Shown here: positions 1 to 11,714 of the stretch, piece after piece
How the letters are laid out: the number at the start of each line of letters is the position of its first letter
How positions within the stretch are numbered: position 1 is the stretch's first letter
From: Epithemia pelagica
Lineage: Eukaryota; Protista; Bacillariophyta
Direction: 5' to 3'
Length of the DNA: 64,000 nucleotides
Assembly: GCA_946965045.2 (NCBI GenBank)
Contig: OX337230.1
Span: 992,001 to 1,056,000, forward strand
Program-made: the position numbers and the translations under genes
Notes under the pieces: generated by a model
What the model was told of the DNA's origin: nothing
Databases searched by the model: none
Seen by the model: the letters and a program-made list of their open reading frames with translations, nothing else

Positions 1-2121
1 GAAAAGCAGGCTGTCACTACTTGGAAAACTGAAATGGAATAGTTGGCGGCCAAAGGCAAGGATGTAGCTTCGAGGCTCGAATCAAAGGCAGGACAAATTT
101 TGAAAGACGGGCAATTGACGCATTCCCACATGAGTCCCCCTCGCATCTTCTGAGGAGATCTGCAGTGGTCACACATAACGTCAACCAGGGAATAACCATC
201 AGCTTGTCCAGGATGGTTCCAAGCCTCGTTGAGAAAATCGACCTCAAGAGGTGTCGTCTTTCCAACGCTTGGCTCATATGGTTTCGCATCCTTCCAATTA
301 AACTTTTTATCACATCCAGATTGGCGATTTCGTCCACCATCTGCATCTCGGCCACAATGCATTGCGTCACATCCGTCCATTTTTCCACCAAGCGATTGCA
401 GTGAGGACAATGACGACAGGTTCTAGCCTTATAGGTTTCATCGCTTCGTTCAATGGCATCCAACCGTTCCAAACGGATGCGTTCATCTTTCGCGTTGTCT
501 CCATCCCTTGTTGTTCGTAGCCAGCACCGCCACTCCCTCTGAATCCGTTGCGCATCGGAACAAGTGGTGCGATAGTGATATATTCCACTGCAGCTAGAAC
601 AAGAAACAGTATTGCACAGGGGACATTCTATTTTCTCTTGAGCATCCATGCTGCTTCTGGCCACCAGCCATGGGCAATGTGCAGACGGACATTGTGCATA
701 GTTCCGGGGCTCACGGATAATGGTGGCAAATTGGCACGCTGAAGCTCATCAATTTCAGTATATGTGGGATTCTGGAATCCCACTTCCATATCACCACGTC
801 CCAGAATTAGCGCAATCTCCTGAGGCAAAAGTTCGTGATTACAACCTTGCATGAAACATGGGATTCGACATGCGCTTTGTTTGTTAGCGTCCAAGTAGTT
901 CACTGCGCAATCACGACACAACGTATGAGGATACAGAGGCGCTGTAATATCATGTTCTTGGTCGATGTTGCAAAAGAATGAAAAAGTTTCACGTTCAGGA
1001 AAGACTTCCATGCACACTGGGCAATCAATAACTCGTTCCAGTTCAAAGTCATCCCCTTTCCGCTCCGTATCTTCAGTACCTTGTTCCGTATCCTTGAACG
1101 GCGAGTGGGAACAGGCAGTTGCTGCTTTTGATCCTCCTTCGCCGCGTTTATTTCCATCTGTATGCGTAGACACGCGACATTTCGTCCTCTTCTGATCATT
1201 ATCACTCTTTCTTATCACGCAATCGTGATGATGACCATTCATCGTCTGATTTTTGCAGCTAGAAGCATTGCTTGATACAGAACCATCGCCTTCATGGAAC
1301 TCTTCCAGTGATCCAGACAAGGCAGACTCATCGTTTTTAGCAGTCGACGTTCCCTCGTTTATGGAAGACATGAGAAGGATTCTTTGAATTTGGTCCACCA
1401 CATCAAACGAATCATAGCTTTTCAAAATGTCATGTATGGATTCCGCAGACAAGTTCCTCTGGAAGACCGAGCGTGTTTGCCTTGGAAGGTTTCTGTTCAT
1501 TCTGAGCCCCATCAGTTCATGGAGTTTCTTGGACAGGAAGACTGCTTGCAAATCAGACGCATTATATATTTGAACTGCCGAAGCATAAAGGGTCAACAAC
1601 ACATCACGTCGGACGCTTGGTTTGGTCGGAGTATCAGCCTCCTCTGTGGATGGTGGGGGAGTCTTTGAATATACGAAACTTGCACTGTCGTCCTTGATAG
1701 TTTTTGTAGACTTGTTGGGAACTTCCTTCGTTTTTTCTTGTCGAGGTGGACCATGGCATGCCACATTGACAGTCGCTAGTCCCATTTCATTGATTGCGGT
1801 CGATATATATTGTACCTGATCCGTCACCGTACTACACCCCTCGAGAGACGAAGCAAAGATACAGACCAAAATGTCTCTCTCAACTGAAGCATGAAACACC
1901 AACAGCTTCAGAATTTCGTCAACGACTTGAAAGGACTCGCATGTTTCCAATATGCGAAGAATAGCCGAAGAGTCAAGAAACATCGAGTTGACGAGTCCTG
2001 AAGAGGATGCAGACTTGGGAGGAACTCGAGATGTTTCGCCTTTATGAATCTCGGGAACACTGTCCTCAGCAGTGAGACCGCCATTACCAGCAGAAGATTG
2101 AGGATTGACGGAAGGGTGCAT
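1..2121 (-). CDS. RBR-type (RING1-IBR-RING2) E3 ubiquitin ligase with C-terminal ZZ-like zinc finger; two apparent frameshifts; runs off the window edge
   Basis: ORF 628-2121 ends in RING1 (CPVC...PHTLCRDC...CFMQGC). A shift at ~702 gives IBR (YAQCPSAHC...CPLC..SCSSC..YH...C). A second shift at ~382 gives RING2 (CPHCNRLVEKMDGCDAMHCG...GC) then CDHC...WECVNC..FKIC. The last frame stays open to position 1. Confidence 0.8.
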
Positions 2122-2907
2122 ATCTCCGGCGCGATTGTATCATTCCGCTGTGAGACATTGAAGATGGATGCAAACAGTCAGAGTTCACATGAAAACCTCA
2201 GACAGGGAAATCGGGCACATATAGCTTGCCTCTAGTAGCCTCCATGGTTATATGTTATATCATCTCGGGTTTTGAGTCAGGGTGTCCTTTTGTCGGTTGC
2301 TTCTCGCAATAGAAGGATGAATTGTTGTTTCTTTCAGTGCTCAGATGCTCTCACCATGGACTTTGTTGTCCTGCTGTGGCACTGGGTCAAACTAGTGTTC
2401 ACTTCTATAATTTGAAAGTTCCATCCTTCTTCAACTTTCCAATAATGTAATGAACAAAAGAACGTGATTCAGCGAGTGTGAGATCTTTGTCAGGTTCTCA
2501 AATTACGTCCACTCTTGGCGGAGGACAGAGCCTGGATCAAGCCTCACAAACCAGACTACTTGCGCATGAAGTATTCTGTCGCCGGGCACCAATGTATGCG
2601 GGTTTTTGGTGATTTCCAGATCCTCCTCATAGGAACATTCAGATCCTAAGATCCTGCATATGGGAGATGTTCAATGCCGTCGACGCAACATGGCCAGTGC
2701 TGGACACATATTCCTACCGACAAACAGAACATTGGACAGCTCCTTTCTACGAGATAATCTGTCTGCACTGAGCGGATCGCCAACGTATCGACAAGAGCCT
2801 TATCATGTCTTGTGTAGGAACAAGTGAAGATTATCTGTTGTCTTCTTATCCTTGGCTTAACGAGATCGTCTACACGACCCAACCGATGCCGAGGCCGACG
2901 ACGATGC

Positions 2908-3028
2908 CATCGAATATCCACAGCATGTGCTTCCGAATTCATGTAATGCGACTACTCGGTCGCTCATTTTCTATGTGACTCCAGCTATTAGCGCCATAGC
3001 ACCGCATTCATTCAACTCATTGAAACGG
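2908..3028. repeat. Degenerate direct repeat, copy 1 (partner 4511-4654), flanking the syntaxin gene
   Basis: Exact shared blocks: tgtgcttccgaattc, ctcattttctatgt, agctattagcgccatagcaccgcat, tcattcaactcattgaaacgg. Confidence 0.8.
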
Positions 3029-3180
3029 AATCACTTTAATACGATCTGATTGTTGTTTTGTGCCCATACAGTGAGAGTGTAGAACGGTCCGAGAGTACGA
3101 TGCAGCACTGTTTGGGGACTGCATGGTCGAAATATGAAGCGGGTCGACGTTTTGCAACAAAGCTATACTCTAACCAGTTC

Positions 3181-4241
3181 TCAGGGTAGAACCCTAAGTG
3201 CAAAGAGAAGGACAACTGTGGCAATGATAACAATGAGGATAATCCAGCATTGTTTCTTTCGAATCTTGCGTTGATACTCAATTGATTCATAGACATCCAC
3301 ATTAGCATCCTCGATGTAGTCACCAGCCTGTTTAACTTGGAATTCAATTTATCAAGTAACTCTCCCTGTTGCTCTGTCAAGAGAGCAAAGTCCAAAAACA
3401 TTTGATGAAGCTCGGCTACAGATTGTTCCAATGCCAAGACATCTTGATACTTTCCAGCAACTTTGGCGTACGATGTTTTCACTTGATCGTTGACACCACC
3501 TGCCAGGATTCGCTCCCTGTACAAAGAATCACGGCCTCCTTCGCAACGCATGATCTCGTCAATTTCTTCCTCGGTAGCGTCGGGTTTTACGATCTGGACT
3601 TGTCGGGTGACCTTCTTCTTAATATCCGTTTTATACTTTTGCTGGGCCGCTTGATAAGCTTTCATCTCGTCGATGAACTTGCGCGTCAGTGTGTTCACAA
3701 GATTCTCTCGAATACTGCAGGCGTTGCAAAATGAACAACAGCGTCATGAGGGGGCACATTGCATGACAATGACCAAGGCATGGAAAGCAACAAAGCAAAG
3801 AAAGAGATTAACGAATACTCACCGTAGGTCAGACTGTTTGATGGCGTCCTCATTCTGCAATTTTTTGGTTTCTTCCTTCAGAAGGCCCAACAATGATTTT
3901 GTTCGCTTTGCTCTCTTATTTGTTTGGTCGACGAGCGGTCGTAGCTTTCTCGACAACTCATTCTCTTCCTCAGTTGTCGTCGCTTGTAATGCGGCCTCGT
4001 TGATATCACCTATGGTCTTGGTAGCTTTCTTCACGGATTCAATGTCTTCCTTGGTCGATTCAACTTCACGAAAGAAATGTTCCATGTGCTTTGCTTGCTG
4101 AGGTTGCTGATTTCCCATTTCTATGTCACCTCCACCTTTCTTTCCATCCTGTTTACCATGTTGCCCGCTCAATGGAGATTCATTGTCGAACTGAGCATCT
4201 TCGATTGCCCAGCCGGGAACGTCACCTAACCTATCATTCAT
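3181..4241 (-). CDS. Syntaxin (Qa-SNARE, syntaxin-1/plasma-membrane type); 2 exons, one apparent frameshift
   Basis: Exon 1 4241-3823 and exon 2 3714-3181 join in frame (..SDLR-IRENLVNTLTRKF..). SNARE motif KYQDVLALEQSVAELHQMFLDFALLTEQQGELLD. Adding one A at 3348-3350 restores KIEFQVKQAGDYIEDAN...RKKQCWIILIVIIATVVLLFAL (C-terminal TM anchor), with stop TGA at 3183-3181. Confidence 0.88.
3715..3822 (-). other. Spliceosomal intron (108 bp) in the syntaxin gene
   Basis: GTGAGT donor, pyrimidine-rich body and CTGCAG acceptor on the minus strand. Removal restores the reading frame. Confidence 0.85.
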
Positions 4242-4510
4242 TCTTCCCTCAAGTTCAGCTTTTCAAAGAGAATCGGTCCTTGGCGGAAATGCTTTAGCTT
4301 TTGTTCGTGCAAGGAGCTCCGCCGAATCATGGACAGTTTATTCGTACATGGTGGGCATCGGCAATTCGTTGTGCTTGTACCTTAGTATCCCCCAGCGGAT
4401 GCGAGTAATGAGCATTAGTGATTCGATTCTCTTGAAAAAGACTATGCACGACACATGTGCGACCTGACTTTTCATTCCTGCTTGGGAGTAGCCCACATCG
4501 ACATCATCGA

Positions 4511-4654
4511 CATCGAATATCCCACATATGCCCCACATTATTTTGTGCTTCCGAATTCGTAATGCCCTCATTTTCTATGTACTCGCACGTGATACTCTCC
4601 GCGTCGGAGCTATTAGCGCCATAGCACCGCATCTCATTCAACTCATTGAAACGG
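4511..4654. repeat. Degenerate direct repeat, copy 2 (partner 2908-3028)
   Basis: Same shared blocks as 2908-3028, with indels between them. Confidence 0.8.
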
Positions 4655-4879
4655 TATTGTTTCATATCACCATAGACTGAACACTCGAATACACTCAATG
4701 CCGTGTTTTATTGAACGAATGAATGAACTAAGATATCCTATAGAGATGGTCTAGCTAGCACGAAAGAATCACAGAAACGGTCGACCATAGACAGAAGTCT
4801 GCTCTAGCCTCTACGGATCGCTGGAATCGCAACCTGACCAGGGAAATGAATGCTCCATTAGGCCATTCCAAAAATGCGC

Positions 4880-6517
4880 TCAGGGAGAAGCATCGGTCCC
4901 ATAAACGCCATTTTCCACTGGTGCCATGGTGTCCTTGGCCTCCTCTAGCTCCACATCGGACTTCATCGCTCCATTGTCATCCATCATCTGTGTTACTTCC
5001 GGTTCTTGACTCTGGTTCGGATCAAGGAGCTCGTCTTCAGATACGATTGCTTCATCTTCGAATACCACAGGTCCTTCACTGTCCTCGTGATCCTGACTGG
5101 GATATGCTAGGGAGGCGGGCGTGCCATCGCTGGTGCTTCTAATCGTCCCATTGTCCTCACCTTGGTCCTGAACCGTGCGGGATGCGGCCAAAGCCAATGC
5201 AGCTGTGGGAGTCCTGGTCGCGGTTGCCATGGTCATGTTGCTAGCACCCTCATCTTGTACCACAACAGGATTTGTCGTTGAACTGAGAGGGGCAGCGGAA
5301 GCATTGTGAGGAGGAGGAGTGGTGGAGGTGCTACTGGTACGAAAGCTTTCGTTGGTAGGCGCTTCATCATCAATAGGTTCATCCTGTTCGATGTGAGCAC
5401 CGAGAGGAGCCACCACAGGCGAAACTCCATCAACAGCTTCGTTGTTGTCGTCTTCGTTGTCAGCAAAGATACCGGTGTGGTCTTCCGCTTGTGGAGATTC
5501 CACGATATAGATAACAGACACACTTTGCAGCAGTTTGTTTTGACATCTCTTCCACAGCTGCTTGATCTCCGCTTTGAAGTACACAAGGGAATTGAGAAAT
5601 CCCTGAAGCGGCAAAAACAATGTCATCATGAAAAGCACACCAAATTTGACACTCTTCTTGTGTAGTTGTTGCGATCGAGTAATGGTAGGGAACAAGAAGG
5701 TAAGAATGAAGACACAGGAAAATTGTACACCTTGAATAAAGACAGCTCGACTTAGTCTCAGCTTTTTCTTGCGTTGTTGCTGTTCACTGCTGTTGTTGTA
5801 GGAGGACGATGCGGTCGGTGCTTGTTCCTGCTTTTCTTCGAATCCTCCTTGACGAGATTGTCGCACTTGCATCATTTTCTTATGGTCTTCTTGGTATATG
5901 AGCTTCTCAATCATACGGACATGTCGGTAAATCAAAACAAACAAGATGACAATGCACCAGAATACCAACCAAAGAGGACCATAGTAGAGGACAAACTTGA
6001 GCATGTCGGAATGTTCTGTATCCGAAAACCAACACCAGAGTTCATTGGGATTGAACTGGTCGTGAACCACACCGTAGGTTGCAGTAATGGACCCAAAGGC
6101 CACGGGCAGAACATGGAAGCACCACTGATACGTCTGGAAGCGGTCTTCACTCCATTGCCGGTTGACGGCCAGAAAAGAATACATGGCCAAACTCAAGTTG
6201 TACATGGGAATGGCAGATGCAAAGAGCTGAAACAAAAAGCCTTGAGCGACACAGGTTTGATCGGTACCACTGGGTTGAAAGACGTTACCGCCCTCGTCAC
6301 TGGGAATGGCCCAACTTCCCACAATGTACATGGAACTGGCACCAATATCAAAGATACTCATTCCAAGCAAGATTGACAACATGGTCATTTGCTTCCCGGC
6401 CTTGCCCTTGCGAAAAATGATATCATAGAGAATAGAGCACGAACCCAAAATCGACATGGCGCCGGTGCATTTTGCCGTAAGTTCGGCGGCTCGCAATTGA
6501 TCTGCTGAGTGACCCAT
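4880..6517 (-). CDS. 7TM G-protein-coupled receptor, Git3/cAMP-receptor-like (paralog 1)
   Basis: 545-aa ORF with seven hydrophobic helices. Motifs GSWAIP, C..QGFLFQ, ELWCWF, YGPLW and FLPLQGFLNSLVYF; acidic low-complexity C-tail. Confidence 0.85.
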   Translation of the reverse strand: MGHSADQLRAAELTAKCTGAMSILGSCSILYDIIFRKGKAGKQMTMLSILLGMSIFDIGASSMYIVGSWAIPSDEGGNVFQPSGTDQTCVAQGFLFQLFASAIPMYNLSLAMYSFLAVNRQWSEDRFQTYQWCFHVLPVAFGSITATYGVVHDQFNPNELWCWFSDTEHSDMLKFVLYYGPLWLVFWCIVILFVLIYRHVRMIEKLIYQEDHKKMMQVRQSRQGGFEEKQEQAPTASSSYNNSSEQQQRKKKLRLSRAVFIQGVQFSCVFILTFLFPTITRSQQLHKKSVKFGVLFMMTLFLPLQGFLNSLVYFKAEIKQLWKRCQNKLLQSVSVIYIVESPQAEDHTGIFADNEDDNNEAVDGVSPVVAPLGAHIEQDEPIDDEAPTNESFRTSSTSTTPPPHNASAAPLSSTTNPVVVQDEGASNMTMATATRTPTAALALAASRTVQDQGEDNGTIRSTSDGTPASLAYPSQDHEDSEGPVVFEDEAIVSEDELLDPNQSQEPEVTQMMDDNGAMKSDVELEEAKDTMAPVENGVYGTDASP

Positions 6518-7417
6518 TGTTTCTCTGTCTTGGTCGAAAACTGTCGGTTGTGTGCGGCGAATCAGCTATAATTAGCGTCGTTTCCTTGCAATGAACTTGC
6601 CTCGCGAGTCCTTGATCCTTGTGAGATTAATAAATCTGAAGGCATTTCATAGATTGTTTGTACGAGTCAGTGCACATTGTTCCTCTGCTGTTTAGTCATG
6701 CATTGCCTCTATCACGTACCTTTGTCGTCAACGTTTGACCGTTTTCGTCGTGAAGCGATGAAATAAAGGTCCACAAGAGGGGTATGGTTGTCCTGGACTT
6801 CTTTCGACGAATGGAGGAATATGGAATCGATTCAATCAATCGAAAGCTTGACTAAGGAAAAACGACCAGCAGATCTGTTCTGCAGAAATCTCGTTCATGC
6901 AAGAAAAAATGAGACAAGGAACGTGATTTGGCTCAGGGCCTCAGCTGAAAGCTCGTTGGGTTAATATGATATTATTAATCGAAAAAATAATAATGTAGCT
7001 TGCAGCTCGTACAAAAGTTACAGTACTCGTACTCGTATGAACAAGATTGCATAGATTCTTTTTGGGGGATATGTTTTGAGATGTCTGGTTGGGGATATGG
7101 CTGATAATATCAGTCTTATTTATCAATTTGATCCTGGTCTTGGTATTCTTTCTATTGCCCCATCTCAATATATATTTAGTCATGAATTTGATACTGGAAA
7201 CGATACAATACTGGTACTCTTACACGTACCCAAGCAGTCAGGATGTACTATGATAAAGGTTGTAGGTACGTGATCTCGAATCATTGATGTTGCATTCATC
7301 ATTATACATTTAGTTCCTATACTTGTACTTTCAAGTGATAGTGTCCGCTTTCTTCATAAAAACTTGAGAGAGTGAATTGATCACAATATGGCCAATGGTA
7401 CTTTCGAGTGAGAGACA

Positions 7418-9004
7418 CTAGTGCCTCCTCTAGCCGTGTGCCCATTACAGGTCAAAACGACCCTTTGGGCACATGTTTTCAACTAGATATAACATGACCA
7501 ATATTAGGCCTACAGCAACATGTGGATGCTCAAACTTTTTCTTCAAGACATCCTCTGTCACCATTTGATATGCCATGACACCCATATATGACATATCTAG
7601 GTCATATGAGCGCCTCCATTGGGGGCTTGTGCACCGTGATGGTGCATGTGGGCACAGTTGGGGACACTTGGGCACATGTGGGCCCACCATTATGGGAGGT
7701 CGCATGACAGTCCTATGACCATGATAAGTTTTTGGCAGACGCATTGCAACACTTGTGCGCCATTTTTTGTCCCATGGTCGACTTTCCCAGCCATGTCCCG
7801 GCCATGTCCGGCCTGGCGTGTTCAGGTCGGTGCTGATTCGGAAGTGCGAACCCCACACGGGGACACCCAGAAGATTCTTTGACAAAAATGTGTACCCCAA
7901 AATTTTGAACGCACACACCAATCCAACAATCATACAATGGCAACACATGTTCTTGTGCTATTTGAACAGTCCCCATCGGGATTGTTCATCAGGATGAGGA
8001 ATGCTCTATGGAAGCTTTTTGCGTTCAAGTATTTGAACCTTTTTGTAATGGGAATCATTGCAAAAAGTGTCAATTTCTTGAGCACGACAACAAGACAACG
8101 AGAGAACGACAGTGTCGAGGGTAGTGATAACAGCAAGACAAAACAGACGACGACGAAGAAGAAGGAATGGCTGGAGGAAGTCGGCTTGGTCCTGGGTCCA
8201 GGGCTTTCATCAGGGTCAGCAATGAACCTGTGATCATTGTGCAAGCCCGGGGCAGCAAGGCTTGGGAAGTTGAGCTACTCGACATGAGGGATGGAAGCAG
8301 GACACCTGAGCTCTTACACAAGACATCTTACTAGCTTCGAAAGATAATCAAGATGACAGATTCCCTGGAGATGTCTATCGTGCGCCGCACCGTCCAGCAG
8401 CAGGAGCAGGACAAGTGCAACAGCAGCAGGGACAGCAGCTCCCTCAGACCACTGCAATTACTCACGTGGCCACCCAAGAACAACAACCACAACAACGAGA
8501 GCAAGATCAACATGAACAAGAAATGGCGGCCTCATCAAATGCACAACAGGTCCTCCTCGTCACCACGCCGTCTGGAGCCAACGAGAATGAAAACTTGACA
8601 GGAATCGGCGTTGTTGTTGGTGCTCGTCGTCAACGCCAGCGACCACAACAACCGAATAGCAACCTGTCCTTTGAGTTCTCTGAGACTCAGGAGCCAAGTG
8701 TTGCCTACAAGTTCAAATACTAGGACGTAGTAAGTCTAAAAGCCGAGCTTTACATGAGTTTCTATAATGTGCCCATAATGTGCCCACACACGTTGCACAC
8801 ACCACAAGCTTCTAATAGAGGCATTCCTATGACCCCCATATGTCCTATGTAGGCCAAATGGAGCATCAAATGGTGACAGAGGATGCCTTAAAGATTGGTA
8901 AGATGCATCAGATCACTGTCGTAGGGCTAATATTCCTAGTTGAAAACATGTGCCCAACGGTACATTTTCGCCCGTCATGGGCACACCCGGAGAGAAGGCA
9001 CTAG
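7418..9004. mobile_element. Non-autonomous TIR DNA transposon 'element A', copy 1 (coordinates include flanking CTAG)
   Basis: Ends CTAG-TGCCTCCTCT... and ...AGAGAAGGCA-CTAG. Imperfect inverted arms ~7422-7606 and ~8828-9000, with many TGGGCACA/TGTGCCCA motifs. Near-identical second copy at 53710-55306. No intact transposase. Confidence 0.85.
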
Positions 9005-9596
9005 GTAGTACTCATACTCGTACTCATTCAATAATTATCCTCCTAAGGGCTTAATTGAAATTTCAGGATTTATTCTCGAATTATTTGCTCTACGACATTC
9101 ATCTGATGTCTGATTTCCGGTTGGGTATTCTTTGTATCTTGTCCATCTCCCCAACAATAAGCCTCATTTTTTCGCGATCTCACCGATACCACAACGATTT
9201 GCATACTATCGTCGGTATCAACTAGCGCCATTAGATTGACCCAACGTCAAACAGAAGAGAAAGAAACTTACTTGTTGGGCCAATCTGTGGATTGTCGCAT
9301 AGAGCATTGAATCGGACGTTAACGACGTCGACTCGTTGATATTGCGCCTTTCATTCGTTGTCGGCACCTCAACCAGTTTACGACAACTGAAACACTACCC
9401 GATATCCAAAGATTTACAGGCACTTTGCCGTTCGATCGACTCTGTCCATAGATTGCATTGACACGCTCCAAACACTCTCCACTTGCTTGAATCTCTCAAA
9501 GACAGCCAAACCGTCGAACCTCTCCAGTTTTGTTCTTGTCGTCTCTCGCTGACTTTTTAACTTGCTTTGTTTACAAGACAAATCACTCACTTCAAG

Positions 9597-10517
9597 ATGT
9601 CAATGGTATTTGATCTCGAATTTTATGACAATGTCAATACGGCCAAGAAAATGGCTCAAGCCATTGACCGTGCCAATCGCAAGAAACGGGCATCGTCTTT
9701 GATCAAGGAAAAGCAACGGCAACAAAAGAAAAAGACTGCTGCCAAGAAAGCCAAGGCCGCTGCTGCCAGCAGTACTGGTTCATCTGCACCGACTTCCCCT
9801 CGACGAGCCCGCATCTTTTTCTCACGCAACTCCAAGTCGTCTGACAAGGGAGACCCAAATTCGCAGTCATTGGAAACCTTGCCCGAACAAGGTACACAAG
9901 ACTCGTTCGATCGCCCGGAACAAAAGGAAAATAACCAGCCCTCGTCCGGTAAGAAGAAGGACGGCAAAGCCACCAGTGACCCTGAAGAAGGCTCGGCGTC
10001 GCACGACAGTGGGACAAACTTGGACCATGAGCAGCAATCGCTTGTTTCACAGTCTACATCGTATTCAAACGCTCCACCAGGAACCTTCCGATTTCATCAT
10101 TCTGTGGAAGTTGACAAGTGCTGGGAGCAAGTCAAGAAACAAAAGAATTATTCCACTCGAGTCACCTGCTTGGTGGCGGAACGGTTGCGCGAACTGGATG
10201 ATTCGGGTGCGGCCCGTGACTTGGTCACTTCACCGTCCGACATGGCCTTTGCCAATCTCTGTGAAACAGTGATCATGGTTATTGACTTTATTGTTTCCTT
10301 TGTCGGGCCAGACATGGAAGATTTTCAAGATGAACTGTGGGAAATTGGATCCTTGTCAGAACAGGCCGGCATTAATGTAGCCTTGCTTGGAGAGGCCGTC
10401 AGTTTCGCCATTCAACAAGTTTGTCATGATACAGATGCTGCATTGACAGAAGAACAAGTCGAAGCCTGGAAAATTGTCATGGACCATGTGGCATGTCACA
10501 TGATAACGCCCAACTAA
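9597..10517 (+). CDS. Globin-fold protein with Lys-rich disordered N-terminus; proximal His apparently absent
   Basis: C-terminal ~140 aa follows the globin pattern: V..CW..VK (helix A), MVIDFIVSFVGPD (E/EF), LGEAVSFAI (G), T.EQVEAWKIVM (H). IGSLS stands where LGxRH is expected. First ATG at 9597. Confidence 0.62.
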   Translation: MSMVFDLEFYDNVNTAKKMAQAIDRANRKKRASSLIKEKQRQQKKKTAAKKAKAAAASSTGSSAPTSPRRARIFFSRNSKSSDKGDPNSQSLETLPEQGTQDSFDRPEQKENNQPSSGKKKDGKATSDPEEGSASHDSGTNLDHEQQSLVSQSTSYSNAPPGTFRFHHSVEVDKCWEQVKKQKNYSTRVTCLVAERLRELDDSGAARDLVTSPSDMAFANLCETVIMVIDFIVSFVGPDMEDFQDELWEIGSLSEQAGINVALLGEAVSFAIQQVCHDTDAALTEEQVEAWKIVMDHVACHMITPN

Positions 10518-11714
10518 ACGCAAGCATAGAGAACGAAACAAGCATTCCCTAAATATTAAATGCGATGGAGGAATGAACCACAGAATGAGGATAACGGAGC
10601 AATGATGAAAGACCTGCTATTAGAAGAACAACTCATTCGACTTTCATTCGCAACCATCAAGCATGATATGGAGTATGGGTGACATGGCGTCATCCATCTT
10701 ATCGCAAGTACAGCGTAGCACCACTTTGTAGACCAGATGAAGCAACTATAACATAGCAACGGACTGTTAACATTTTGTGTTTAGAGGCATGGCAAATGGC
10801 CGTAATGGGCTACTTGAAGCACAAAAAGATCGCCGTCTTTCAAGTTGTAGGAGCAAACAACGTTACAGCAGATCAGAGGGACATGTAGCAGCAGCATTGT
10901 GTCACTGCGGTTGCCGAATCCGACCTTGGAAGATCATATCGCTTACCGCCGGCTTTTTAATACTAATAAGGCTTTCGTATCTTCCAGCGTCAGCGGAGCG
11001 AGATTCTTGCAGATCTCCTCCTCCTCCTCCTTATTGGTGGCAGGTGGTGAAGGAGAACGCGTCCGCGGCATGAAGACGAAGCGTTTGTTACAATGCGTTT
11101 CCTATCGATCACTTGTGAGGCTTTCGGTTTGCGGGTTGTCGTCCCCTTGGTCAAGTTTGCCACTTTCTGTACTGACACTGAAATGAACACTCTGTCGTTT
11201 CACCATTGGATCGTCAATGACAGCTGACAGAGAAGCATCTTTCAGAAATGATGATCATATGGTACAACCACTGTTCATCCATGATTTAGAGTGAAATTTC
11301 GCAATCTCTTTCAATGTTCGTGTCATCGAAAAGAGCGCCAGAGTCCTCTGTGCTTCAGTCCTCCTTCATTTGCTGCAGGTTCCCATCAAGGTGACTATTG
11401 GAGGGCAATGCGGCTTGCTGTGATCCGTTGCCACCGACACAAGAACCACAGGTTCTTATGGTTGCTTGTCGGCATTTGTGCTCATTGGGTTCTCTTTGGT
11501 CACAATCTGAACTGGAAGGCGATGTCGATTCCAATGCAGAAGCAACTCGTTCCGGCTCATGAAAGGATGAAGCAGGTGGTTGCAATCCAGTCGCTAGTTC
11601 TTGATCCTCATTGGGAGCGTTCCCCAAACGAGTGTTGTATGCAACATAACCGAGGTGGTTCTTGTCTTGGTTCTTTATCGTGTTGGAGAATTCCTCTGTG
11701 GATTCATCTTCGAG

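Noticed and set aside
2236-2942. Possible extra exons or a decayed gene upstream of the RBR ligase
   Set aside because: Multiple stops, no recognisable motif and no convincing splice path.
10560-11350. Coding-like fragments between the globin and GPCR genes
   Set aside because: Short, stop-interrupted and without recognisable homology.
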